Shown in pieces: positions 41,503 through 51,259 of a DNA stretch of 64,000 nt; position 1 is the stretch's first letter, and the number at the start of each line of letters is the position of its first letter. The stretch is from a virus. Below the pieces are notes generated by a model. The model searched no databases and had not been told where the DNA came from. It saw only the letters and a list, made by a program, of their open reading frames with translations. The stretch lies in the IMG/VR virus record IMGVR_UViG_3300045988_168437; one strand, written 5' to 3'. The position numbers and the translations under genes were made by a program.

Positions 41503-43185
41503 ATGAAGATAAAGTTAAATAAAACAACAGAAGACATTAAAACAAACATGTTGACTAATCGAGGATTGACTGTAGAAGAAGTAAATAATCTTTTAAATCC
41601 AACTGGAAAAATGGTAGAAAGTATTTCTCATTATAATGTTGAAAAAGGGATTGATATGTATTTAAATTCAATAAAAAATAATGAATTAATTGCCACTTTA
41701 GTAGATGTAGATGCAGATGGTTATTGTTCTTCTTCTATAGTATATCAAGTTACAACAGACGAATTTGGATATGAAAATATTGTTTATATACTTCAAGACG
41801 GCAAAACTCATGGACTTACAAGAAAGGTTGTAGATAAACTTCTAAATTCAGATGTAAAATTACTGATAATTCCAGATGCGGGTTCAGATAATATTAAATT
41901 ATTAAAAGAAATTTCAACACATGGTATTAGTGTACTGATACTGGACCATCATATAATTGAATTGCCAATGGATGAATTAAATAGTTTACATAATATTGTT
42001 CTAGTAAACTGTCAGAATGGAATTGTAGAAAATAAATATCTATCAGGAACTGGAGTCACATATAAATTTTTTAGTGAAGTGGCTAAAAAACAAGGAATAA
42101 AGCTAAGAAGTAAATATTTAGACTTAGTTGCTCTTAGTCTTATTACAGATGTGTGTGATATGAAATTTAGTTTTGAAAATAGATATTATCTTTCTCAAGG
42201 TTCGAAAATAAGCAAAATAACTAATCCATTAATTGAACTTTTCAAAGAAAAACTTAAAAAGAAAAGCAAAGATAAGTTTTCTATTACAGAGTTTGGATTT
42301 GAAATAGGCCCAAAGATAAATGCAATTATACGATATGGGACATTAGAAGAAAAAGAAATTCTTTTTAATGCAATGATTGGAGTTGAAGAATTACTACCGA
42401 ATAAAAAGACATATCAACAAGAAACTTACACTATTGGTAGTAGATATCAAAGAATTCAAAGAGAATCCAGTAAAGAAATTATTCCATTACTCAATGACAT
42501 TGTAGAAGAGACAAAAGCAAATGAGAAACCTGTAATTTTTATAGATGGGACAGACATTGTTCCAAAGGAAATAAAAGGATTATTATGTAACAAAATGCTT
42601 GATATATATAAAAAGCCAATTATGATTTCCACTTTAGATAATGGAATTTATAGTGGTAGTAGCAGAAGTATAAAAACAGAACAATTATCTGATTTTAAAT
42701 CTTTTTGTGAAAAAAGTCAATTGTTTGAATGGGTTCGTGGACATAATAATGCACATGGACATAAGATTAAAAAAGAAAACATACCTAAATTTTTAGAATA
42801 CTGTGACAATAATTTAGATATGCAAGAGTATCAAGAGGAAGTAGAAAATATTTATGTAAATGAAATACCTCTTGAAGATGTAGTAGAAATAGCTAATTAT
42901 GAAGAATTATGGTGCAATCAAATAGAACCACCAAAATACCTTCTTAAAGGAGTTTGTTTAACTCCTGAAAGCATAGTTAGAGCAGGAAGTTCAACTTATA
43001 ACATAATAATAGGAGATGTTAAATTTACTAAAGAATTTGGTTCTTTAGCTTGGTATAATGAAGTTTTAGATGAAATTTCAAAAACGGGATTATTAAATGT
43101 TGAACTTATTGTTGAATTTAGACAACAAAAGAATAAACAACCTTACGCAAAAATTCTTGAATTGAGGTGGGAACATGAAAGTTAG
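41503..43185 (+). CDS. recJ: RecJ-like DHH ssDNA exonuclease
   Basis: VDVDADGYCSS, IPDAGS, LILDHH and GTGVTYKF. Confidence 0.75.
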   Translation: MKIKLNKTTEDIKTNMLTNRGLTVEEVNNLLNPTGKMVESISHYNVEKGIDMYLNSIKNNELIATLVDVDADGYCSSSIVYQVTTDEFGYENIVYILQDGKTHGLTRKVVDKLLNSDVKLLIIPDAGSDNIKLLKEISTHGISVLILDHHIIELPMDELNSLHNIVLVNCQNGIVENKYLSGTGVTYKFFSEVAKKQGIKLRSKYLDLVALSLITDVCDMKFSFENRYYLSQGSKISKITNPLIELFKEKLKKKSKDKFSITEFGFEIGPKINAIIRYGTLEEKEILFNAMIGVEELLPNKKTYQQETYTIGSRYQRIQRESSKEIIPLLNDIVEETKANEKPVIFIDGTDIVPKEIKGLLCNKMLDIYKKPIMISTLDNGIYSGSSRSIKTEQLSDFKSFCEKSQLFEWVRGHNNAHGHKIKKENIPKFLEYCDNNLDMQEYQEEVENIYVNEIPLEDVVEIANYEELWCNQIEPPKYLLKGVCLTPESIVRAGSSTYNIIIGDVKFTKEFGSLAWYNEVLDEISKTGLLNVELIVEFRQQKNKQPYAKILELRWEHES

Positions 43186-43597
43186 AGCAATACAAAATGT
43201 TGCTTTTATCAAAAAAGGTGAAATATACGATGCAACAGTCAATCATTGGGGAAATTATAGTATTTCTATAGATGGAGTGAGTCGTAGTTTCTCTCCTAAG
43301 TGGTTTGAGAAAATAACAAGAAAGGAACAAAAGCAAATGAAAAATAATAACACTATTTATGAAATGCCGTCATATGTAACACTTCTTAGTGAAGGAGATG
43401 TAACTAAAGTTATATTTAACGAAGAAAAAGGAGTTACAGTTGTAAAACTTAATGATGGAACAAAAGCAACTGCAAGATGTAGTGAACATGATGTATTTTG
43501 TAGAGAAACAGGTTTTAGAGTTGCTTATGCAAAGGCAGAAATAAAACAACTTAAAAAAATGATAAAAGACAGAGAAGAATTTATAGCAAGAGTTTAA
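43175..43597 (+). CDS. hypothetical protein
   Basis: ORF track. Confidence 0.6.
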   Translation: MKVRAIQNVAFIKKGEIYDATVNHWGNYSISIDGVSRSFSPKWFEKITRKEQKQMKNNNTIYEMPSYVTLLSEGDVTKVIFNEEKGVTVVKLNDGTKATARCSEHDVFCRETGFRVAYAKAEIKQLKKMIKDREEFIARV

Positions 43598-43708
43598 AAC
43601 TCAATAGAAAAATAAAAGTTGCCAACTGTCTATTGAGTTAATATAAAAAAGGTATGTGGATGTTTTAAATAGCTACATACCTTTAATCGTAAAAGGAGTG
43701 GTATTTTA

Positions 43709-44512
43709 GTGACATTAAAAGTATTTGAATCTTTTAGTGGTTATGGTTCACAATCTATTGCTTTAGAAAATATAGGCATTGATTATGAAGTAGTAGCAAC
43801 TTCTGAAATTGATAAATATGCTATTATTGCTTATGATGCATTACATAGACATAATATGAATACAGAAGTAGAACAAAAAACAAAAGAAGAAATGGTAGAG
43901 TATTTACAAAATAAAAGAATAGCATGGGATTCAAAGAAAGAAAAATGTATGTTGCCGAAGTCTGAAAAACAAATAAGGCAGCTATATGAAGCCTGTGTTA
44001 GAAGTAAGAATTTGGGAGACATAAGTAACATCAAAGTAGAAGATATTCCAAAACACGATTTATTTACAGTAAGTTCTCCTTGTACTGATTTTTCAGTAGC
44101 AGGGAAAACAAAAGGAGCAATGTGGACTTGTAAAAAATGTGAAACTAAGTTTAATCCTTTTGAAACAAATTTCACATCGAAATGTCCTAATTGTGGTTCA
44201 GAGGAAATAACAAAAACTGCTAGTTCATTATTAGTTGAATGCAGTAAAATCATTCAATATTGTCGTCCTAAATTTATATTTATGGAAAATGTAAAAAACC
44301 TAGTAGGAAAGAAATTTAAACCATTCTTTGATAAATGGTGTGAATACTTAGAATCTCTTGGATATACAAATTATTATTCTGTTCTTAATGGAAAGGATTT
44401 TGGAATTCCACAAAACAGAGAAAGAGTTTTTATGATAAGTATACACGGAGAGCATACTCCGTATGAATTCCCAAAAGGATTTCCTTTGAAATTAAGACTT
44501 AAGATATGTTAG
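43709..44512 (+). CDS. DNA (cytosine-5) methyltransferase, N-terminal part (motifs I-VIII)
   Basis: FESFSGYGS (I), SSPCTDFSVAGK (IV), MENVKNL (VI) and QNRERVF (VIII). It stops 7 nt after the ATG of the next ORF. Confidence 0.85.
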   Translation: MTLKVFESFSGYGSQSIALENIGIDYEVVATSEIDKYAIIAYDALHRHNMNTEVEQKTKEEMVEYLQNKRIAWDSKKEKCMLPKSEKQIRQLYEACVRSKNLGDISNIKVEDIPKHDLFTVSSPCTDFSVAGKTKGAMWTCKKCETKFNPFETNFTSKCPNCGSEEITKTASSLLVECSKIIQYCRPKFIFMENVKNLVGKKFKPFFDKWCEYLESLGYTNYYSVLNGKDFGIPQNRERVFMISIHGEHTPYEFPKGFPLKLRLKIC

Positions 44513-46512
44513 AAGATAAAGTAGATGAAAAATATTATTTGCCACAAGAAATGCACGATAGATTTCTTGCTTTTCCAAAGAACAGACTTAATAATGAAGA
44601 CTTAGAAGTGATTGGAACTACTGCTCCCAATCCTTATGATAAAGAAGGAAATATAATTTATGATAAATGTACTTCTGCATGGTGTTATAGTCCAGATAAA
44701 TGTATTTCAACTTTATCTGCTAGAGATTATAAACAACCTAAACAGATAGTTGAATCAAATAATGATAAATTCGTTTCTAAAAAATACAAAGAGTTTATTG
44801 ATAAAAACGGATATATCCCAGAGATGTTTAATCCTTACAATTGCAAGGAAGTAAATGATATTTCTCCAACTCAAACAACTCAATGTGGAAGTACAACAAG
44901 TAGTGCTACTGTTTTAAAAACAGAAACAGATAGAGTTATTGTAGAAGGAAATGCATCTAAAAATCCAAAATCACAGGCTAATCAAGTTGTTTCGGACAAA
45001 GGTATTTCAATGACTTTATGTTCAGGCACTCATGGGTATGCAATGGGATATGTAAAGGAATCAAAAGATTCTGCAAAAATAATAGAACATAAATTAATGC
45101 AAAATGTAAAAGTTAGAAAACATAAAGTAGACATTGAAAAATTAAAAGAAATTTTAAAAGTTCAGAAACAAAAATTAGGATTAACTATAAATGATATAAG
45201 TAATACCTTAAATGTCAATAAAACAACAGTAGAACATTGGTTTAGGAGCGATGATTGTTTTAGTATTCCTGATGCAGAAATTTGGTTAGATTTAAAAAAA
45301 TTACTTCAAATGGATACAGATGAATTCATGGATAAATCTATTATGGAATTTGAAATAAAACCAAATGAGTATGATATGACAAATAGAGTTTATGATGAAA
45401 ATGGTATTTCTCCAACTTTAACGTGTACTGGAGAAAGTGGAGCTAAAAAAGTCCTTCAATATATAGAAGAATCAAAACCAATTAAACTTAATGAAAAAGA
45501 AAACTTCCAATTCAAGAAAAGTGGAGAGAATATAATAGGAGAATTAAGTGGAGAACTATGGGACTCAAGACATGAACAAACAAGAAGAGTATATGATACA
45601 AATACGATATCTCCTACTATTCCAACCTCTCAAGGCGGAGGAGTTTGCCCCAAAATATTAGTGGAAAAACTAGGAAATATATATCCTAGTAATGGGCAAA
45701 ATGGCAATATATATAGCTCAAATGGAATATCTCCAACAATTTCTGCTGGAACAGGAATAAAAGGAAATGGTATTGGAAGTAATAATGCTCCTAAAATATT
45801 AATAGATAAACTAAATTTTGTAGGTGGAATTGGAGAAAAAGATTGGGCAGGAGACGGCAAGAAATTATCAAGAAATTACCCGCAAGGAAATAGAGTATAT
45901 GACGAAAATGGAATAGCTTGCAGTCAAACCTCTAATGGCGGAGGATTAGGTGGCCCAACTGGATTATATTTAACAGATAATAAAGATATAAATCCAATTC
46001 GACTAGGTGGAGTTTTTGACGATGAAAAATCAAGACATCAAGCAGGTAGTGTGCGGGATAAAGAACAACTATCTCCAACTTTAGATACTGCACAAGGAGG
46101 TTATAGAGAGCCTTGTATAGTAGAAAAAGTCCAATTAAAAAATTCGGATATTGAGTTAACTCAAGAAGAATTACCTTGTTGCGTTGCTAGTCGAGGAAGA
46201 AATGTCGATAATCCATCTCGTAGAATCACAGGAGACGATTTGGAACAGAGATTAGAACCAAATAGAAATAACTGTACAAATACTCTTACAAGTGTATCTA
46301 AAGACAATTATGTTATGCAAAGAAATTTCAGAATCAGAAGACTTACTTGTCGAGAATGTTTTAGATTAATGGGACTTAAAGATTATCAAATTGATTTAAT
46401 TCAAAATGCAAAAATATCAGATACTCAACAATATAAAATGGCTGGAAATTCAATAATTGTAGATGTTCTTGAATATATTTTTTCTAATTTATTCAAAGGG
46501 ACTGATTTGTAA
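44506..46512 (+). CDS. DNA (cytosine-5) methyltransferase, C-terminal part (multiple TRD-like repeats plus motifs IX-X)
   Basis: At least five repeats of (R)VYD.NGISPT(L/I), an internal HTH, and C-terminal RRLTCRECFRLMGL and YKMAGNSI. Confidence 0.8.
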   Translation: MLEDKVDEKYYLPQEMHDRFLAFPKNRLNNEDLEVIGTTAPNPYDKEGNIIYDKCTSAWCYSPDKCISTLSARDYKQPKQIVESNNDKFVSKKYKEFIDKNGYIPEMFNPYNCKEVNDISPTQTTQCGSTTSSATVLKTETDRVIVEGNASKNPKSQANQVVSDKGISMTLCSGTHGYAMGYVKESKDSAKIIEHKLMQNVKVRKHKVDIEKLKEILKVQKQKLGLTINDISNTLNVNKTTVEHWFRSDDCFSIPDAEIWLDLKKLLQMDTDEFMDKSIMEFEIKPNEYDMTNRVYDENGISPTLTCTGESGAKKVLQYIEESKPIKLNEKENFQFKKSGENIIGELSGELWDSRHEQTRRVYDTNTISPTIPTSQGGGVCPKILVEKLGNIYPSNGQNGNIYSSNGISPTISAGTGIKGNGIGSNNAPKILIDKLNFVGGIGEKDWAGDGKKLSRNYPQGNRVYDENGIACSQTSNGGGLGGPTGLYLTDNKDINPIRLGGVFDDEKSRHQAGSVRDKEQLSPTLDTAQGGYREPCIVEKVQLKNSDIELTQEELPCCVASRGRNVDNPSRRITGDDLEQRLEPNRNNCTNTLTSVSKDNYVMQRNFRIRRLTCRECFRLMGLKDYQIDLIQNAKISDTQQYKMAGNSIIVDVLEYIFSNLFKGTDL

Positions 46513-46673
46513 TGTATAAAGTATTTTATAGTATTTTAATAATTATTTGGCTATTAGATGTTTCTAATTTCCTGCAAATGGAATTTTTAGATACAACATA
46601 TCCAGTCAATGGAGTTCTTTGGTTTTTGATTTGGTGTATCTTACCAAGTCCAGATGAAAATAAAAAAGAATAA
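46512..46673 (+). CDS. small membrane protein (53 aa, below the cutoff)
   Basis: ATG overlaps the MTase stop. Reads MYKVFYSILIIIWLLD...VLWFLIWCILP. Confidence 0.35.
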   Translation: MYKVFYSILIIIWLLDVSNFLQMEFLDTTYPVNGVLWFLIWCILPSPDENKKE

Positions 46674-46824
46674 AAAATACGACTCCCTAGAATCAATTCT
46701 AAGGGGTCTGCAATTTATTCATAATGTATTTATATGGAGGTTTGAAATGGAAAGAATTATTACAGATTTCATTATGTTAATAATTTTAGTTATACTTGCG
46801 ATATGTTTGCTAGGAGGATAGATT

Positions 46825-47142
46825 ATGGGTTGGGAACATTTAAAAGAAAGCATTGATAATCTTGGGAAAGACTCAAAAGAAAATGAAGTAAAAATAGCAT
46901 TATGTCATTTTACTGGTGGGACAAAATTATATGCTTTCAAAACAATAGAACAGGAATTAAAGTTTGGAGATACAGTTATCGTAAATGTACTTGATGGATT
47001 TGAAATTGTTAAATTTATTGAATATACTGATTCAAGTCAAATGAGAAATATAGCATCTAAGTGGCTTATTGAAAAAATAGATATTCAAGGATTTTATAAT
47101 AAAGTAAAAGAATTAGATAAATTAATAAACATAAGGAGATGA
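46825..47142 (+). CDS. hypothetical protein
   Basis: ORF track with AGGAGGA SD. Confidence 0.65.
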   Translation: MGWEHLKESIDNLGKDSKENEVKIALCHFTGGTKLYAFKTIEQELKFGDTVIVNVLDGFEIVKFIEYTDSSQMRNIASKWLIEKIDIQGFYNKVKELDKLINIRR

Positions 47143-47152
47143 ATTATGAATT

Positions 47153-47365
47153 ATGAAATGTTTTAGAGGAATAAGTGGTTGTGTGGGATATTCAAATGGA
47201 GAATGTCATAGTATAGAGAATTGTAAGTATCAAGATTATTTTTATAATAGCACAACAAATGACAACAGTTCAAAATCTACTAACGAATGCAGTAAGAAAG
47301 GATTTTGCCCATATAAATCAGGTGATTGGTGTACAGTGGTAAAAAATTGTGCTTATAAAGGTTGA
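47153..47365 (+). CDS. small Cys-rich protein
   Basis: ORF track. Confidence 0.5.
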   Translation: MKCFRGISGCVGYSNGECHSIENCKYQDYFYNSTTNDNSSKSTNECSKKGFCPYKSGDWCTVVKNCAYKG

Positions 47366-47386
47366 GAATAATTGTGAGGGCAGACT

Positions 47387-48055
47387 ATGAAAATAGGAAT
47401 AACTGGAGATGTTCATGGAGATAGGGATTTTAGACAAATATATAATGCCAAAAAACTTGGAATTACCCATTTAATTATATGTGGAGATTTTGGACATATT
47501 TGGGATGGCTCATATAAAGAGCAAAAAAGACTTAATTACATGAACAAAATAGGAATAAAGATATTATTTGTCGATGGAAACCATGAAAATTTTGACTTGT
47601 TATATAAATATCCTGTATCAGAAATGTATAGTGGGAAAGTTCAAGTCATAAGAGAAAATATTATACATCTTATGAGAGGAGAAATTTATACAATTAACAA
47701 CAAGAAGTTCTTTGCTTTTGGTGGAGCAGCATCAACTGACAAAGAGTTTCGCACAGAAGGGAAAAGTTGGTGGGAACAAGAACTTCCTAGCATCGAAGAA
47801 TATCAAAATGCAATACTTAATTTACAAAAACATAATTTTAATGTTGATTATATAGTAACACATACAAGCTTTCCAAAAGCTTTGATTGAATTAGGTGGAG
47901 ATTATAGAATTGACGATATGTCTAATTTTTTGAATTACGTGAAAACACAAACAAATTATAAATATTGGTTCTTTGGACATATGCATACAAATACAGATAT
48001 AAAAGGCTTAAATGCTATGTGTTTATATAAAAATATATATGTATTGGAGGAATAA
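47387..48055 (+). CDS. calcineurin-like metallophosphoesterase
   Basis: GDVHGD, CGDFG, DGNHEN and GHMH. Confidence 0.75.
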   Translation: MKIGITGDVHGDRDFRQIYNAKKLGITHLIICGDFGHIWDGSYKEQKRLNYMNKIGIKILFVDGNHENFDLLYKYPVSEMYSGKVQVIRENIIHLMRGEIYTINNKKFFAFGGAASTDKEFRTEGKSWWEQELPSIEEYQNAILNLQKHNFNVDYIVTHTSFPKALIELGGDYRIDDMSNFLNYVKTQTNYKYWFFGHMHTNTDIKGLNAMCLYKNIYVLEE

Positions 48056-48059
48056 AAAA

Positions 48060-48860
48060 ATGGCAATATTAGGTGCAATTATGGGAGATATAGCTGGTTC
48101 TCCTTATGAGTTTCATAATATAAAATATCAATTAAAAAAAGAAGAGTTAATTACTAACAAATGTAAATTTACAGACGATACAGTTATGACGATTGCAGTT
48201 GCAGATGCTTTGCTTGATTGTAATATTAGAGGAATTGATTCAGATGAAACTATCAAATCAACTATTTCAAGATATATGAAAAGTTATGGAAGAAAATATC
48301 CACATGTAGGATATGGAGGGAATTTTAGAACCTGGCTTAAATCAGATTCTCTCGAAGCATATAATAGCTGGGGTAATGGTTCTGCTATGAGATGTTCTTA
48401 TTGTGGTTGGATAGCGACAGATTTAAATGAGGCAAATAAATTTGGAAGACTATCAGCAGAGACAACTCACAATCACCCAGAGGGGATTAAAGGAGCAGTA
48501 GTTATCTCTGAATGCATTTATCTTTTGAAAAATGGAGCTACTAAAGAAGAAATATTTAATCATGCATCAAAATATTATGATTTAAACTTTACTTTAGACC
48601 AAATTAGACCTTATTATATTTTTGATGTAAGTTGTCAAGGTTCAGTTCCTCAAGCAATAAAGGCATTTTTAGAATCAAATGATTTTTATGATGCAATTTC
48701 TAAAGCTATATCAATAGGTGGAGATAGCGACACGATAGCTACTATTACTGGAAGTTTAGCAGAAGCTCACTATGGGATTCCTAATGACTTTAAAATAAAA
48801 TTGCCATTGGATGATTTTTTATTTAAAAAAGTACTCAATTTAGAATTAGCAATTTCGTAA
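48060..48860 (+). CDS. ADP-ribosylglycohydrolase (ARH/DraG family)
   Basis: Start set at the ATG after GGAGGAA. Contains GAIMGDIAGSPYEF and GGDSDTIATITGSLAEA. Confidence 0.75.
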   Translation: MAILGAIMGDIAGSPYEFHNIKYQLKKEELITNKCKFTDDTVMTIAVADALLDCNIRGIDSDETIKSTISRYMKSYGRKYPHVGYGGNFRTWLKSDSLEAYNSWGNGSAMRCSYCGWIATDLNEANKFGRLSAETTHNHPEGIKGAVVISECIYLLKNGATKEEIFNHASKYYDLNFTLDQIRPYYIFDVSCQGSVPQAIKAFLESNDFYDAISKAISIGGDSDTIATITGSLAEAHYGIPNDFKIKLPLDDFLFKKVLNLELAIS

Positions 48861-48873
48861 AAGAGGGATTCAT

Positions 48874-49185
48874 ATGAATAGTATATTAGATTTAGGTTCA
48901 GTTTATGAAATAAGAAATATAAATTATGTAATAATAGAAGTTTATAAATTAGAGGACCATGATTGTGGTGGATGGGGTAATGGAGGCTGGATAACGTATT
49001 ATTATAAAGCGATTCCATTAAGTATTATTAAAGCAGATACATATAATCTATTAGATTTAGATAATAGGATTATTGAATTTAATTCTGATGATAAAGAAAT
49101 AATGGAAAATATTAAAAAAGTAAGTGATATTAATTATGATGTTAAAAGTTGGACCATAAGTGGTTTTATTTTAAATAAAAAATAA
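48874..49185 (+). CDS. hypothetical protein
   Basis: ORF track. Confidence 0.6.
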   Translation: MNSILDLGSVYEIRNINYVIIEVYKLEDHDCGGWGNGGWITYYYKAIPLSIIKADTYNLLDLDNRIIEFNSDDKEIMENIKKVSDINYDVKSWTISGFILNKK

Positions 49186-49370
49186 TTGACAATTATTATC
49201 AATAAGACGACCTCATGAGAGCCATTTTAAAAATATGGTCGAGTGTTTATACCTTGAGATTCTTAGAATTGAAATTAGAAAAATTCAAAAGTTTAAACTT
49301 TCCGTTTACAATAAAAAATGTGTGAATAACACCATATTTTATATATTTTAATAAAAACATAATAAAATCC

Positions 49371-49400
49371 TTGCTAATAACCCCGTAATCTCTATATAAT
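49371..49400 (+). promoter_or_regulatory. sigma-70-type promoter
   Basis: TTGCTA, 18 nt spacer, TATAAT. Confidence 0.5.
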
Positions 49401-49429
49401 ATGGGTAATAGGGTAAAAGGAGATTTATT

Positions 49430-50020
49430 ATGGAAAGAAAAATTAAATCAAGAAAGATACCAGAGGTTCTTACTGATTATGAACAAAGACAATTAATTAA
49501 TGTTTTTAATACAAGATATTTTTATCCGTACAGAAATCAAACTATGATTGAATTATTTTTATGTACTGGATTAAGACTTTCAGAAATGACGCATTTAAAA
49601 TGGAAAGATATAAATTTAATGACTGGGCAGCTTAAAGTTGTTCAAGGTAAGAATTCAAAAGATAGAATATTGTGGATTAGTGAAAATATGTTAAACAAAC
49701 TTCAAATTTGGAAATCAAAAGAATTCGAAAGATTTGGAAAGTGTGAATTGGTTTTCTGTACTAGTAATCATAATCCAATAGATAGCAAGACTATGGATAC
49801 TATGATAAAAACTTATTCAAAAAAAGCAGGAATAACTAAACATATTTCATGTCACACACTTAGACATACTTTTGCTACAGACTTACTTAAAGCGACTAAA
49901 AATATACGATTAGTTCAAAAAGCATTGGGACATTCAGATATATCAACTACTATGATTTATACTCATATTGTAGATGATGAATTGGAAGATGCTTTAAAAA
50001 ACTTTAGAAGGGAGTTATAA
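49430..50020 (+). CDS. short XerC/D-like tyrosine recombinase (catalytic domain only)
   Basis: TGLRLSEMTHLKWKDI, HTLRHTFATDLL and GHSDISTTMIYTH. Confidence 0.8.
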   Translation: MERKIKSRKIPEVLTDYEQRQLINVFNTRYFYPYRNQTMIELFLCTGLRLSEMTHLKWKDINLMTGQLKVVQGKNSKDRILWISENMLNKLQIWKSKEFERFGKCELVFCTSNHNPIDSKTMDTMIKTYSKKAGITKHISCHTLRHTFATDLLKATKNIRLVQKALGHSDISTTMIYTHIVDDELEDALKNFRREL

Positions 50021-50023
50021 ATT

Positions 50024-50383
50024 GTGATTGTAAAAGGTGATGAATATATTAAAAAAATGAGAACACAGATTCTTTTAAACAGTTCAGATGTAATGTCTCC
50101 TACTTTTTCTCATATTTCATATAGTGAGAAAATAAATAATGAAAAAGATATGACATTAATGAGATATGTTGATTACGAAGAATTTACATTAAATGAAATG
50201 ATTAGAATGTTCAAGAGTTTAATAAATCGCAATATTCATTTAGATACAGAAAAAATATTAAGTAAGAAAACTAGATATATAATTGGAGATTTAAGAATAG
50301 AAAATCCTAAAGTATCAAGTAGGTGTGGATTTATTGAGTTACCAATAAGAGTAATTGAGGAGGAACAAATATGGCAGAAGTAG
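50024..50383 (+). CDS. hypothetical protein
   Basis: ORF track (GTG start). Confidence 0.5.
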   Translation: MIVKGDEYIKKMRTQILLNSSDVMSPTFSHISYSEKINNEKDMTLMRYVDYEEFTLNEMIRMFKSLINRNIHLDTEKILSKKTRYIIGDLRIENPKVSSRCGFIELPIRVIEEEQIWQK

Positions 50384-50778
50384 ATTATAAATTTCAACGT
50401 TGTGATAGAGATGAAAATGGCAATTTTAAATTAACAACTATTAAACCATTAGAAGATATCTTTAAAGATTTAGAAAATTACAATAAATATTTGGAAGATG
50501 TAATTGTTGATTTACGAAAAGAAGTAAAAAAATTAAAAAACTTTAATAAAGACGAAGAAATTGAAAAGCTTAAAAAAGAAATAGAAAATTTGGAAGAACA
50601 ATCAGTTTATATCTTAACTAAATCTCAAAAAGAAAAAATGGAAAAATTCAGACACGAACACTATAAAATGACAGGTCATAGTTATCATCAAGTTGTATTA
50701 AGACCCAACGAGATATTTACAAAGGTTGTAATACAATGTGATAAATGTGATGAAGAATTAGATTTGACTATATATTAA
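50371..50778 (+). CDS. hypothetical coiled-coil protein
   Basis: ORF track. Confidence 0.6.
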   Translation: MAEVDYKFQRCDRDENGNFKLTTIKPLEDIFKDLENYNKYLEDVIVDLRKEVKKLKNFNKDEEIEKLKKEIENLEEQSVYILTKSQKEKMEKFRHEHYKMTGHSYHQVVLRPNEIFTKVVIQCDKCDEELDLTIY

Positions 50779-50877
50779 GTGGAGAAAATATAATGTATTT
50801 ATTGTGTTTTTTGTTTGGAATAGTAATTGGAATGGCTATTTTAAGTATTTTAGAAAAATAGAAATTGAGGTGAAAAT

Positions 50878-51228
50878 ATGAATAGAACACAATTAAATGA
50901 CAGATTTGATAAATATTGTGAACAAAAAGATTGTGAGAGAATCTGTACATTAGAAAACTATAGAGATTGTTTTATTGGTTATTTATTAGATAATTATGAT
51001 TTAAAATTAAAAGAAGAACCAAAAATTGACTGGACAAAAGTTCCAGTCGATGCTAAAATATTGGTAAGAGAATTTCATAACGATAGATGGCTTAAAAGAC
51101 GATTTGCAAAATTCGAAAATGGAAAAGTATATGCTTTTCAACTTGGAATGGATTCTTGGACAACAGGAATTAAATCTCCGATAAGTTGGAATTTTGCAAA
51201 ATTAGTTGACAAACTTGAACAAAAATAA
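50878..51228 (+). CDS. hypothetical protein with DW(T/S)KVP...W domain (paralogue family)
   Basis: IDWTKVPVDAKILVREFHNDRWLKRRFAKFENGKVYAFQLGMDSWT. Confidence 0.65.
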   Translation: MNRTQLNDRFDKYCEQKDCERICTLENYRDCFIGYLLDNYDLKLKEEPKIDWTKVPVDAKILVREFHNDRWLKRRFAKFENGKVYAFQLGMDSWTTGIKSPISWNFAKLVDKLEQK

Positions 51229-51259
51229 TGTTTTTAAATAATAAAACGGAGGAAATGAA

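Noticed and set aside
44498-44512. Programmed -1 ribosomal frameshift joining the two MTase ORFs
   Set aside because: The sequence CTTAAGATATG has no X XXY YYZ slippery heptamer, and no obvious downstream stimulatory structure was seen. A mutation or sequencing error is more parsimonious. Reported as a finding to verify, not as PRF.
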